Part shown: one piece after another, positions 1 through 9,742 of the stretch
Layout: the number at the start of each line of letters is the position of its first letter
Position numbering within the stretch: the stretch's first letter is position 1
DNA from: an uncultured Gammaproteobacteria bacterium
Lineage (GTDB): Bacteria > Pseudomonadota > Gammaproteobacteria > Ga0077536
Assembly: GCA_963976285.1 (NCBI GenBank)
Contig: CAXBJY010000005.1
Location: 3,164-67,163 of the forward strand
Reading direction: 5' to 3'
Length of the DNA: 64,000 nucleotides
Position numbers and translations under genes: made by a program
The notes under the pieces: generated by a model
What the model was told of the DNA's origin: nothing
What the model saw: only the letters and a program-made list of their open reading frames with translations
The model's database searches: none

Positions 1-66
1 CGCCTGAAGGCGGCATTCGATCCGCACCGGATATTCAACCCCGGGCGGTTGTACGCCGATTTGTGA
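1..66 (+). CDS. 3' end of FAD-binding oxidase subunit (glycolate oxidase GlcE-like), partial
   Basis: Frame-1 translation RLKAAFDPHRIFNPGRLYADL-stop. This is the typical C-terminal tail of FAD-linked oxidases and lies immediately upstream of glcF. Confidence 0.45.
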   Translation, partial: RLKAAFDPHRIFNPGRLYADL

Positions 67-146
67 TGCCGGTTTCGCCGCGACTCAACTCACCCCGCGA
101 GCGCACGCCGGCACGCGGTCGGCCGCGTTCGCGACAGGAGAACTGA

Positions 147-1388
147 ATGCGCGCGAAATTTTCCGATGCGGTCCTCGAGTCGGCGCACGGGCGCGAAATG
201 ACGTCGATACTACGCGCCTGCGTGCACTGCGGATTTTGCAATGCGACTTGTCCGACCTACCAACTCACCGGTGATGAACTCGACGGGCCACGGGGACGCA
301 TCTATCTGATCAAGTCGATGCTCGAGGAGTCCGAGGTTGGCGCAGCAACGCAAACCCACCTCGATCGGTGTCTCACGTGCCGCGCCTGCGAGACGACGTG
401 TCCGTCCGGCGTGCAGTACAGTCGCCTGCTCGATGCCGCGCGTCCGCTCGTCGATGCGAAGGTTCCGCGCAAGCCCGGCGACCGGCTGCAGCGCTGGCTG
501 CTGCGCAGGATAGTGCCGTACCCGGCGCGATTTCGCTGGCTCGCGGCTGCCGGGCGTCTCGTCAAATCGCTCGCACCGCGCGCACTGGCCGAACTGATAC
601 CGGCGCGCCCACACGGGTTTCGCGTCGCTACGGTGCGTAACCATGCGCGTCGTATGCTCCTGCTGGAAGGTTGTGTGCAGTCGGCCGTGTCGCCGGCGAT
701 CAACGAAGCCGCGCGCGAAATTTTCGACGAACTCGGCATCGCCCTCGTGACCCCGCCCGCCGGCGGCTGCTGTGGCGCGGTTGCCTACCACCTCGGTGAG
801 GCGGACGAGGCGCGCACCTTTGCCCGGCGCAATATCGATGCCTGGACCGCGGCGCTCGATGATGGCGCCGAGGCCGTGCTCGCGACGTCGAGCGGCTGTG
901 CCGTCATGTTGCGCGAATACGGTGAGCTGCTGCGCGACGATCCGATCTACGCCGAACGCGCGGCGCGGGTGGCCGCGCTCGTGTGCGATCCGGCTGCCGT
1001 GATCGACCCGGCGCAGCTGGCCGCGGCCTACCACGTGCCGGCCGCCACGCGCATTGCGTTCCAGTCGCCGTGCACGCTGCGCCATGGTTTGCGGGGGGCG
1101 GACGCGGTGGAGTCATTGCTCGTCGCGACCGGGTTTGAGCTGACGGACGTGCCGGATCCGCACTTGTGTTGCGGATCGGCAGGCAGTTATTCGCTGCTGC
1201 AGCCCGACCTTTCGGGGCGGCTGCTGGATAACAAGCTCGCGGCGCTCGAAAGCGGGGCGCCCGAGGTTTACGTAAGCGCGAACATCGGGTGTCTCATGCA
1301 CCTGCAGCGCCGGGCCGAGCGGCCCGTAAAGCACTGGCTGGAAATGATCAGGCCCCATCGCGTGGGGCCTGAACGGACGTCGGATTAA
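147..1388 (+). CDS. glcF: glycolate oxidase iron-sulfur subunit
   Basis: Two CxxCxxCxxxCP ferredoxin-type cysteine clusters (CVHCGFCNATCP, CLTCRACETTCP) plus C-terminal CCG domains. AGGAGA RBS before the ATG at 147. Confidence 0.85.
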   Translation: MRAKFSDAVLESAHGREMTSILRACVHCGFCNATCPTYQLTGDELDGPRGRIYLIKSMLEESEVGAATQTHLDRCLTCRACETTCPSGVQYSRLLDAARPLVDAKVPRKPGDRLQRWLLRRIVPYPARFRWLAAAGRLVKSLAPRALAELIPARPHGFRVATVRNHARRMLLLEGCVQSAVSPAINEAAREIFDELGIALVTPPAGGCCGAVAYHLGEADEARTFARRNIDAWTAALDDGAEAVLATSSGCAVMLREYGELLRDDPIYAERAARVAALVCDPAAVIDPAQLAAAYHVPAATRIAFQSPCTLRHGLRGADAVESLLVATGFELTDVPDPHLCCGSAGSYSLLQPDLSGRLLDNKLAALESGAPEVYVSANIGCLMHLQRRAERPVKHWLEMIRPHRVGPERTSD

Positions 1389-1397
1389 GCGCTCGGA

Positions 1398-2135
1398 TCA
1401 GTACACTTTGAGGATGGCCGAGTCGCCCTCGCCGTCGAGATATTCATCGAATCCGTCGCCGGGCGGGTTGCCGTCGTAGATCTTGAATTCGCGCTGCTGA
1501 CGATACGCTTCACGCACGAACGTATACGGGTCGAGCGCAGCCTGGTCGCGGATGTTCGTGGCCTCGAGCAGATTCGCGCGGGTATTCACGGCGTTGACCA
1601 CGTTCAGCGGAATGTTCACCACCGGGTTCAGGTAGGTCAGCGGGTTCGTAAATATCGCCGCCACGAGGCCCGGAGCGTCACGCACGGAACTCGGTCCGCC
1701 GAGCGGCAGGTTCAGGTACGCGCCTTCTCCCGCACCCCAGACGCCGAAGGTCTGGCCGAGATCCTCGTCGTGGGCGACGAGGCCCATTTCGCGGGCCGGG
1801 TCGAACAAACCGCCGAGGCCAAACGTGCTGTTCACGACGAAACGGCCGGAATCGCTGAGAAACTGCATGCCCTTGCCCTGCAGCAGGTCGTTCGCGATGA
1901 CGTTCAGATACCCGGCATTGGCGAAGAAATTCGTGAAACCCGTGCGGACCGGTTTCGGGGTCACGTCGACATAGCCGCGTGCGACCGGTTGCAGCACATT
2001 GCGGTCAATCGCGTCGTTGAAGTTGTAGATCTTGCGGTTCGCCGATTCGTACGGGTCGCCCGGATCGCCGCCCGGGTTTGATGCGCATCCCGTGATCAGA
2101 CTTAACAACAAAACGAGCGCAGCGATGTGCGCCAT
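1398..2135 (-). CDS. mlaA: MlaA/VacJ family outer-membrane lipoprotein
   Basis: Lipobox LSLITGCAS after a signal peptide. Conserved VacJ-like core (NFNDAIDR, FGLGGLFDPA). AAGGAAC RBS before the ATG at 2135. Confidence 0.75.
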   Translation of the reverse strand: MAHIAALVLLLSLITGCASNPGGDPGDPYESANRKIYNFNDAIDRNVLQPVARGYVDVTPKPVRTGFTNFFANAGYLNVIANDLLQGKGMQFLSDSGRFVVNSTFGLGGLFDPAREMGLVAHDEDLGQTFGVWGAGEGAYLNLPLGGPSSVRDAPGLVAAIFTNPLTYLNPVVNIPLNVVNAVNTRANLLEATNIRDQAALDPYTFVREAYRQQREFKIYDGNPPGDGFDEYLDGEGDSAILKVY

Positions 2136-2240
2136 TGTTCCTTCATGCTGCATTTTGGTTGTCCCGATGAGTAAATTGAATCAGCGTTTGTTCTTGCTAT
2201 GTTGTTATTTGGCCACGCCCGAAAGCGTTCGCGGGGCTCG

Positions 2241-2849
2241 CTAGCGCCCGCTCTCTCCGTAGCTCGTTACTTTACCATTTAATTGGGTAATGAGTGAGTT
2301 AAAACCTTCATTTTTGATAACGGCCGTGTAGTCCGCACGCTTGAGCGACAGGTCGGAAACGCCTTCGGCGATAACGTTAACAATTCGCCACAGTCCGTCG
2401 CTTTTGCGCAGCAGGTAATCGAGCGTGACTTTGTCGCCGTCAGCCTTCACGAGTACGGTCTTGACGAGCATGTTGTCGCGTTTCGCCTCGCTCGACAGCG
2501 TCTCGAATCGCTCGCCACTGAAGCTGCTGAAATTCGAGGCGTAAGTGGCTGCGCTCAGGCGCGCGAACAGCGCGGTGAACTCGCTTCGCCGGGTCGCGTC
2601 CAGCTCGTTCCAGGCGCGCCCCGTGACAATGCGTGAAATGGTCTCGAAATCGAAACTCCGGTTGAGCACCGGCGCGATCGTGTCGACCCGTCCGCTGTAG
2701 CCGAGCGTGTCGGCGTCCTGCATGATTTTCAGCAGCGTGGCGTGCAGCGATTCGACGACCGCCGCCGCCGGTGTCTCATCCGCCGCTGCGAACGATTGCG
2801 TCCCGAGAAAAAAGATCAGCGCGAAGGCTGCCGCGTTCACTGTCTTCAT
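2241..2849 (-). CDS. hpnM: MlaC/Ttg2D-like periplasmic binding protein, hopanoid-associated (HpnM-like)
   Basis: Signal peptide, about 200 aa, Ttg2D/MlaC-like composition. Last gene of the hpnH-GT operon. Confidence 0.6.
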   Translation of the reverse strand: MKTVNAAAFALIFFLGTQSFAAADETPAAAVVESLHATLLKIMQDADTLGYSGRVDTIAPVLNRSFDFETISRIVTGRAWNELDATRRSEFTALFARLSAATYASNFSSFSGERFETLSSEAKRDNMLVKTVLVKADGDKVTLDYLLRKSDGLWRIVNVIAEGVSDLSLKRADYTAVIKNEGFNSLITQLNGKVTSYGESGR

Positions 2850-2944
2850 ATCAGATCATTCCTGTGTCGTCCGTGTGTCTTGGATCGAGCCCACGGGCGG
2901 AGTTTAGTTCATGGCATTTTTGCGCCGTGTGTCCCGTCAGCCGC

Positions 2945-4057
2945 TCATGCGGTTCCGTAGGAGCGGTTTTTCCACCGCGAGCGTTCGCCTCGCGTGTAGC
3001 GCACGGCCGAGGTCCAGGTCATCGCGAGAAACAGCGTTGCCGCCAGTGGCAACGTCGCGATCCAACCGGGGCCGAGCCCGTAGTACCGAATTGTCGGCGC
3101 GTACGAGGCGAACATTGTCGCCAGCGCAATCACGGCGAGCACAACGGCGGCGGGTACGCCGCTGAACAACGCCACGATCGGCACGATGTAGCCGAGCACG
3201 AGCAGCACGGTGCACACGGCAAGCCAGATCGGCGAGTAATGCAATTGGGTGTATGCGGTGCGCGCGACCATGTTCCAGATATTGGTCAGCGTGCCGTACG
3301 GGCGCAAGGCGCGCGCGTCGTTCGACAGACCGATCCAGATCCGACCGGGCCGCTGCTTGATCTTTTTCGCCAGCGTGCAGTCGTCGATGATCGCTTCGCG
3401 CAGGCTGTCGAAACCGCCGATTTCGGCGAGCGCCGTTCGGCGCAGGAGTACGCACCCGCCGGCCCCGGCGGCGACGAACGAACGCTCGCTGTTCGCCAGT
3501 GCAAACGGGTAGATCAGCTTGAAGAAATACACGAACGGTGGCAGCAGCAGGCGCTCCCAGAAATTACGCATGTGCAGGTTCGCCATGATGGAAATCATGT
3601 CGAGTTGTTCGAGTTCGAGGCGCTTGAGCATACTCGCCACGACCCCGGGTTCGAGGCCGATGTCCGCGTCGAGCAGCAGCACGTAGGGCGACTCGCAATG
3701 CTGCAGCCCCTGGCGCAAGGCCCACAACTTGCCGCTCCATCCGGGTTCCGGGCCGCTGCCGGACAGTACCGTCAGATTGTCGAGGCCGGTACCGCGAGCA
3801 ATATCGCCGGTTCCGTCGCTGCTTTGATCGTCGATCACGACCACGCGTCTGAAGCGCCCCTGACGGGCGAGTCGGGCGAGCGTTTCGCCGATACAGGACG
3901 CTTCGTCGCGCGCGGGGATGAGTACGCTGATGCTGTCGAAATCCGATGCGGCGTCCGGATCGATGACAAGGCGCTCGCGCGTGCTCCAGGGGCGCCACGG
4001 CAACAGCAGCAAGCCTGCCCACATACACGCCGCGCCTGCAGCGAGCCATGTGATCAC
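2945..4057 (-). CDS. hpnI: GT2 glycosyltransferase with N- and C-terminal TM segments, hopanoid-associated (HpnI/HpnB-like)
   Basis: GT-A fold motifs (VLIPARDE, VVVIDDQSSDGT, LLLDAD) flanked by TM helices, resembling ceramide glucosyltransferase/HpnI architecture. Immediately downstream of hpnH. Confidence 0.6.
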   Translation of the reverse strand: MITWLAAGAACMWAGLLLLPWRPWSTRERLVIDPDAASDFDSISVLIPARDEASCIGETLARLARQGRFRRVVVIDDQSSDGTGDIARGTGLDNLTVLSGSGPEPGWSGKLWALRQGLQHCESPYVLLLDADIGLEPGVVASMLKRLELEQLDMISIMANLHMRNFWERLLLPPFVYFFKLIYPFALANSERSFVAAGAGGCVLLRRTALAEIGGFDSLREAIIDDCTLAKKIKQRPGRIWIGLSNDARALRPYGTLTNIWNMVARTAYTQLHYSPIWLAVCTVLLVLGYIVPIVALFSGVPAAVVLAVIALATMFASYAPTIRYYGLGPGWIATLPLAATLFLAMTWTSAVRYTRGERSRWKNRSYGTA

Positions 4058-4105
4058 ACCGGAACCGCCGTCAGTCGTGGCACGGTAAGACGTCGTGGGT
4101 AGCGG

Positions 4106-5236
4106 TCAGGCGACCTGTTTTTCGTTCGTGGATTTTTCGACGTCGGTACTCGCCACGAGCAGCGGTTTCGCCGGCACCGCTTCGTCGTCGTAGTGGAACG
4201 GCACTTCCGGTGCCATCTCGCCATCCGTGCGCGGGCCGCGCAGGAACACCGACAGCGCTTTCCACGGCCGCGCCACGGTATCGTTTACCGCCGTCGCCTC
4301 GTAGCCGCTGTGTACCATGCAATCGGCACACTTCGGGTTGACGCCGGTACCGTACTTGTCCCATTCCGTCGCTTCGAGCAATTCGCTGAACGTCTTCGCA
4401 TAACCTTCGCCAACGAGCAGATAGCACGGTTTTTGCCACCCGAAGACATTGCGCGTCGGGTTGCCCCACGGCGTGCAGTGGTAGGTCTGGTTACCGGCGA
4501 GGAAATCGAGGTACAGCGACGACTGGTTGAAGCGCCATTTGCGGCCGCGGCCAAGCTTGAAGATATCGCGGAACAACTGGCGGCTGCCCTTGCGTTTGAG
4601 AAAAACATCCTGCCGCGGTGCGCGTTCGTAGTTGTAGCCGGGAGAAATCGTTACGCCCTCGACACCGAGCGCCATCATCGTGTCCATGAATTCCGCGACT
4701 TCTTCCGGCGATTCCCCCTGGAACAGGGTGCAATTGACGGTGACCCGGAATCCCCGCGCGAGCGCCTTTTTGATCACGGCGGTGCATTTCTCGTACACGC
4801 CCGTCCGGCACACCGAGGCGTCGTGACGATCCCGGTTACCGTCGAGGTGAATCGAGAACGTGAGGTACGGGGACGGGCTGTAGTCGTCCATGCGGCGGTC
4901 GAGCAGCAGCGCATTCGTGCACAGGTAGACGAATTTCTTGCGCGCGATGTAGCCCTCGACTATCTGAGGCATCTCTTTGTGGATCAGCGGCTCACCGCCG
5001 GCAATCGACACGATCGGGGCGCCGCATTCATCCACCGCGCCAAGCGCGTCTTCGACGCTGAGGCGTTTGTCGAGGATATTTTCGGGATAGTCGATCTTGC
5101 CACAGCCCGAGCAGGCGAGATTGCAGCGGAACAGCGGCTCGAGCATGAGCACAAGCGGGTAGCGTTTTACACCTTTGAGCTTCTGACTGAGTATGTAACG
5201 ACCTACGCGGTATTGCTGAATCAGCGGTACGCCCAT
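4106..5236 (-). CDS. hpnH: hopanoid biosynthesis radical SAM protein (adenosylhopane synthase)
   Basis: CNLACSGC radical-SAM CxxxCxxC motif about 40 aa from the N-terminus. The conserved HpnH N-terminus (QQYRVGRYILSQKLKG..RYPLVLMLEPLFRCNLAC) and the length of about 376 aa also match. Confidence 0.85.
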   Translation of the reverse strand: MGVPLIQQYRVGRYILSQKLKGVKRYPLVLMLEPLFRCNLACSGCGKIDYPENILDKRLSVEDALGAVDECGAPIVSIAGGEPLIHKEMPQIVEGYIARKKFVYLCTNALLLDRRMDDYSPSPYLTFSIHLDGNRDRHDASVCRTGVYEKCTAVIKKALARGFRVTVNCTLFQGESPEEVAEFMDTMMALGVEGVTISPGYNYERAPRQDVFLKRKGSRQLFRDIFKLGRGRKWRFNQSSLYLDFLAGNQTYHCTPWGNPTRNVFGWQKPCYLLVGEGYAKTFSELLEATEWDKYGTGVNPKCADCMVHSGYEATAVNDTVARPWKALSVFLRGPRTDGEMAPEVPFHYDDEAVPAKPLLVASTDVEKSTNEKQVA

Positions 5237-5574
5237 GATGTGCCTCTGGAAGATGTTGGTTTAGCGACTGATTGTGCCGGTTTGATCGTCTTGCGACTGC
5301 CAGCCGAATGGGGCGCTAAGATACTGTAATGATTCTGTAAAGTACAGGCTTTGCGCTGCACCATCCGGGATTCCCCGGTGATTCGCGCTAAGGAATTTCG
5401 CCGTCGTGCACGCTAAAACGATAGCGCCATTTTCGGCGTGTAACCCGGGGCCGGGGTGCTCGCGTCGCTTGCCCGGATCGCTGACGGGCCGTTTGCTAGC
5501 GGTTGCTGCGCGAATCAAGGATAATGCCGCCGCTCGGTGCTTCCCCCTTTTGATGCCTTTATATTTGCGCGACC

Positions 5575-7476
5575 ATGACCCGTAAAACGAATTATCCATT
5601 GCTTGATAACCTGAACTCGCCGGAAGATTTGCGGCAACTGCCGGAATCGTCACTGGAGCAGGTCGCGCGTGAATTGCGTCAATTCCTGCTCGCTTCGGTC
5701 AGTCAAAGCGGTGGCCACTTCGCTGCCGGGCTCGGCACCGTCGAACTGACCGTCGCGCTGCATTACCTCTACAACACGCCCGAGGATCGGATCGTTTGGG
5801 ACGTAGGCCACCAGGCCTACCCGCACAAGATCCTGACGGGGCGCCGGGACCGGATCCACACGGTACGCCAGAAAGGCGGTGTGGCACCGTTTCCGAAGCG
5901 CGACGAGAGCGCATACGACACGTTCGGGGTCGGCCATTCGAGTACATCGATAAGCGCCGCGCTCGGTATGGCACTCGCGGCGAAGACCACGGGTACGGGG
6001 CGCCGCGCGGTCGCCGTGATCGGCGATGGCGGGCTGACCGCCGGGATGGCATTCGAGGCACTGAACCATGCCGGTGACTGCGGCGTCGACATGCTCGTCA
6101 TCCTGAACGACAACAACATGTCGATTTCACCGAATGTCGGCGCGTTGTCGAACCGGTTCGCGCAATTGCTGTCCGGCAAGATTTACAAGACCGTGCGCGA
6201 AGGCAGCAAGAAAGTGCTGTCGCAGGTGCCGAACGCGTGGGAACTCGCGCGTCGCGCGGAAGAGCACGTCAAGGGACTCATCGTCCCCGGCACCCTGTTC
6301 GAAGAGTTCGGGTTCAACTACATCGGACCGATCGACGGGCACGATTTGCCAACCGTCCTGGCGACCTTGCGCAACATCCAGGAACTCGACGGACCTCAGT
6401 TCCTGCATATCATCACGAAAAAAGGCAAAGGTTACGCCCCGGCAGAAGAAGACCCGGTGAAATATCACGGCGTGACGCCGTTCGATCCGAACGTGGGCAT
6501 TGTGTCGAGCCCGTCGGCGGCGCCGTCGAAGCCGAGTTACAGCAAAATTTTCGGCGACTGGCTGTGCGATATGGCCGCGCTCGACAAACGCCTTGTCGCG
6601 ATCACACCGGCGATGCGCGAAGGGTCCGGACTCGTGCGTTTCGAGGAGGAATTCCCCGATCGCTACTACGATGTTGCCATTGCCGAGCAACACGCCGTGA
6701 CGGTTGCCGCCGGCATGGCATGTGACGGGCTGAAGCCCGTGGTTGCGATCTACTCGACGTTCCTGCAGCGTGGCTATGATCAACTCGTGCATGACGTCGC
6801 GCTGCAAAACCTGCCCGTCCTGTTTGCGCTCGACCGGGCCGGGGTTGTCGGCGCGGACGGACCGACGCACAACGGTAGCTACGACAACAGCTTTCTGCGT
6901 TGTCTGCCGAACATCGTACTGATGGCGCCGGCCGACGAGAACGAGTGCCGGCAGATGCTCTATACCGGCTTCATGCACGACGGCCCGGCCGCGGTGCGCT
7001 ACCCGCGCGGCGGCGGACCCGGTGTGGAACTCGAAGCGAAAATGACGGCGCTGCCGCTCGGCAAGGCCGAAGTACGACGCCGCGGCCGCGGCATCGCGAT
7101 ACTCGCGTTCGGCACGATGGTCGCGCCCGCCACGGCCGTCGCCGAGAAACTCGATGCAAGCGTCGTGAACATGCGCTTCGTCAAACCGCTCGATGAGGAC
7201 ATCATCGTCGAGATGGCGCACGCGCACGACGTCATCGTGACTATCGATGAGAACGTCACCGCGGGCGGTGCCGGCAGTGCGGTCAACGAGGTCCTGGCCG
7301 CGCACGGAATTACGCAGCTCACATTGAACCTGGGCCTGCCCGATCGTTTACTGCAGCACGGATCGCGTGACGATATGCTGGCCGAAGGCGGGCTCGATAT
7401 TGCGCACATCGAAGCATCGATCGCGGCGTTTCTCGACAAGGTACACGGCGCGCACAGCACCGCTCAAAGCGCCTAG
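5575..7476 (+). CDS. dxs: 1-deoxy-D-xylulose-5-phosphate synthase
   Basis: 633 aa. TPP-binding GDG..N motif ([19 protein letters not shown]) and the typical Dxs N-terminus ([16 protein letters not shown]). Confidence 0.9.
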   Translation: MTRKTNYPLLDNLNSPEDLRQLPESSLEQVARELRQFLLASVSQSGGHFAAGLGTVELTVALHYLYNTPEDRIVWDVGHQAYPHKILTGRRDRIHTVRQKGGVAPFPKRDESAYDTFGVGHSSTSISAALGMALAAKTTGTGRRAVAVIGDGGLTAGMAFEALNHAGDCGVDMLVILNDNNMSISPNVGALSNRFAQLLSGKIYKTVREGSKKVLSQVPNAWELARRAEEHVKGLIVPGTLFEEFGFNYIGPIDGHDLPTVLATLRNIQELDGPQFLHIITKKGKGYAPAEEDPVKYHGVTPFDPNVGIVSSPSAAPSKPSYSKIFGDWLCDMAALDKRLVAITPAMREGSGLVRFEEEFPDRYYDVAIAEQHAVTVAAGMACDGLKPVVAIYSTFLQRGYDQLVHDVALQNLPVLFALDRAGVVGADGPTHNGSYDNSFLRCLPNIVLMAPADENECRQMLYTGFMHDGPAAVRYPRGGGPGVELEAKMTALPLGKAEVRRRGRGIAILAFGTMVAPATAVAEKLDASVVNMRFVKPLDEDIIVEMAHAHDVIVTIDENVTAGGAGSAVNEVLAAHGITQLTLNLGLPDRLLQHGSRDDMLAEGGLDIAHIEASIAAFLDKVHGAHSTAQSA

Positions 7477-7498
7477 CGCGCGGCCGCCTCGCGGCCTG

Positions 7499-8575
7499 TC
7501 AGCCAGCGAGCGCGGCCGTGAGCGCCTGCCGCAGGCGGCCGATGTCGGCGCTGCTGATCTCGCCCATCATCGAAATCCTGAAAATCGACTGCGCGTAGCT
7601 GCCCTGGCCCGCGTAGATGATGAACCCGGCCGCCTTCAGCGCATCGTGCAGCGTCGTATAGTCCGTGCCTTGCGGTAACTTGTAGGCGTGCAGCACGCAT
7701 GAACACTCGGCGGCATCGAGCAGCGGTTCGATGCCGAGCACTACGAGGGTCTCGCGGACCGTCGCCATGCGTGATTCGTAAAGTGCCCGTCGCGCCGCGA
7801 CCCCGCCGGATTCCTCGAGCTCATCGAGCGCTTCGTCGAGCGCATAGAACGTCTGTATCGACTGCGTGAATGGGGTGCCGGCACTGTCCTGGGCGCTGAC
7901 ATAGGCGCCGAGGTCGAGGTACAGATTGCGCGGGTGTGCCGCGGCGAGCGCATCGCGCGACGTGATGACGAAGCACGTTCCCGGGACCCCGTGCAGGCAT
8001 TTGTTCGCGGTGGCCGCGCAAGCCGCGATCGGCACGCTCGTAAACGGGATCGCTTCGGCCGCGAAACTGCTGACCGCGTCGAGCAGCACCGCGACGTCGT
8101 GTTGCCGGCAGATTTCCCCCAGCGGCCCGAGATCGTTCAGGCGGCCGGTGGTCGTTTCGTGGTGGACCACGGCAATATGCGAGATGTCGCCATCGGCGGC
8201 GAGGGCGGCGGCCACGGCCGCGTAATCGATCGGCGCCTGCCACGCCTGCGTCACGCTCGTCGCCGGGATCGCATAGCGCTCCGCGATGCGGCGCATTCTT
8301 TCGCCGTAAACACCGTTCTCGACGATCAACAGCTTGCCATCGCGCGGCACGAGGCTCGTGATCATGGATTCAACCGCGGCCGTACCCGAGCCCGTGATCA
8401 GCGCGCTGGCCCAGTCGGATGCCGGGAGGTCGTAGGTCGCGAGCAACTTCTCGCGAATGCCGCTTTGCAGGCTCGAGAATTCCGGTTCGCGATGACACAG
8501 GTCGTCGCGCAGCATCGCGTTGCGTACGCGCGCGCTAAGGGTGACCGGTCCGGGGTTGAGCAGGATCGTTTTCAT
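7499..8575 (-). CDS. phnW: 2-aminoethylphosphonate--pyruvate transaminase (class V aminotransferase)
   Basis: N-terminus LLNPGPVTLS and class-V PLP fold of about 358 aa. Overlaps ppd by 4 nt (ATGA). Confidence 0.75.
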   Translation of the reverse strand: MKTILLNPGPVTLSARVRNAMLRDDLCHREPEFSSLQSGIREKLLATYDLPASDWASALITGSGTAAVESMITSLVPRDGKLLIVENGVYGERMRRIAERYAIPATSVTQAWQAPIDYAAVAAALAADGDISHIAVVHHETTTGRLNDLGPLGEICRQHDVAVLLDAVSSFAAEAIPFTSVPIAACAATANKCLHGVPGTCFVITSRDALAAAHPRNLYLDLGAYVSAQDSAGTPFTQSIQTFYALDEALDELEESGGVAARRALYESRMATVRETLVVLGIEPLLDAAECSCVLHAYKLPQGTDYTTLHDALKAAGFIIYAGQGSYAQSIFRISMMGEISSADIGRLRQALTAALAG

Positions 8576-9726
8576 TGATGGATTTGCTCCTGCAGCCGCT
8601 CGAGTACCGCGGCCGGAGTGATTGCGGGACGTGGCAGATCATCGATCGTGCCGGTGGTGATTTTCATATGCACGAAACGCGGGCCGTTGCCGCGGGGTTG
8701 CGCGAGAAACGCGCTCAGGTCGTCAGGATGCGCGGCGCGCGCCGCCACCGCATAACCGCAAGCCCGGGCGATGTCGGCGAAATCGACCCCGGCCGAAACC
8801 GTCGCCTGCGCACCGGTTGAATCGTGCGCCTCGTTGTCGAGCAACACATGCGACAGGTTGCCGCCGGCGTAAGCGCCGACCGTCGCGAGGTTGCCCATGC
8901 GCATGAGGCCCGCGCCGTCGCCGTCGATGATGATCACATGCAAATCCGGACGTGCGAGCGCAAGCCCGAGCCCGAGGCTCGAGGCACAACCCATCGAACC
9001 GACCATGTACAGCTGGTTCGCGCGGTCAGCGGCCGCGTACAATTCGCGCCCGCTGAACCCGGTCGTCGCGATCACGACGGACCCGCGCCCGGGGCTCGCG
9101 TCGATGATCCGTGCAAGCGCCTGCGCGCGGGTCGGGCGCGTCGCCGCCGCGCATTGTTCGATCGACGGTCCCGTAACCTGGGTTGCGCGCACGCGTTCCG
9201 GTGGCGGGGGATTCGACAGGGGATGCGGTGACACCGTGCCTTTGCGCATGACCAGGGCATAGGGTCGCCGTTCGCGCGTGAGGTAGGCCTGCGCGCGTTC
9301 GAGCGCCGGTCCGATATCCGCGGTGTCAGCCGGAAAGTATTCCCACGGTATCTCCATCGTGTCGAACAGTTCACCGGTAATCCGGCCCATGAGTTCGTGC
9401 TGGGGTTCGTCCTTGAGCCCGGGTGCGCCACGATGCGTGCAGATCACGAGCAGCGGGATGCGGAAGACATATGCGAGCGAGGTCAACGGACTGACGGCGT
9501 TGCCGAGACCCGAGTTCTGCATCATCGCGACTCCCCCGCGGCCGCCGATCGCGGCGCCGCAGGCTGCCGCCACCGCATCACCTTCGTTCGCGGCGGAAAC
9601 GTAAGTCAGCGCGGGATCGCCGATCACGTAGTTGATGAACGGGGTCAGAAACGAACACGGCACCCCCGCGTACCAGTCGAAGCCGGCCGCGCAAGCGCGG
9701 TCGACGAAATCTCGTGCTTCGATCAT
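8572..9726 (-). CDS. ppd: phosphonopyruvate decarboxylase (TPP-dependent)
   Basis: About 384 aa with TPP-binding GDG-x25-N region (IIIDGDGAGLMRMGNLATVGAYAGGNLSHVLLDNEAH). Lies between PEP mutase and the AEP transaminase. Confidence 0.8.
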   Translation of the reverse strand: MIEARDFVDRACAAGFDWYAGVPCSFLTPFINYVIGDPALTYVSAANEGDAVAAACGAAIGGRGGVAMMQNSGLGNAVSPLTSLAYVFRIPLLVICTHRGAPGLKDEPQHELMGRITGELFDTMEIPWEYFPADTADIGPALERAQAYLTRERRPYALVMRKGTVSPHPLSNPPPPERVRATQVTGPSIEQCAAATRPTRAQALARIIDASPGRGSVVIATTGFSGRELYAAADRANQLYMVGSMGCASSLGLGLALARPDLHVIIIDGDGAGLMRMGNLATVGAYAGGNLSHVLLDNEAHDSTGAQATVSAGVDFADIARACGYAVAARAAHPDDLSAFLAQPRGNGPRFVHMKITTGTIDDLPRPAITPAAVLERLQEQIHQ

Positions 9727-9742
9727 CGTGCTGTAAACCTGC

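Noticed and set aside
2771-4102. 443-aa plus-strand ORF antisense to the hpnI-like glycosyltransferase
   Set aside because: Junk-like composition (Arg/Gly/His runs). The opposite strand encodes a clear GT2 fold.
5237-5574. Repeated GCGCTAAG / CTGTAA motifs in the hpnH-dxs divergent intergenic region
   Set aside because: Too short and imperfect to call a regulatory site with any confidence from sequence alone.
6127-7305. 392-aa ORF antisense to dxs
   Set aside because: dxs is unambiguous. The antisense ORF is a high-GC artefact.
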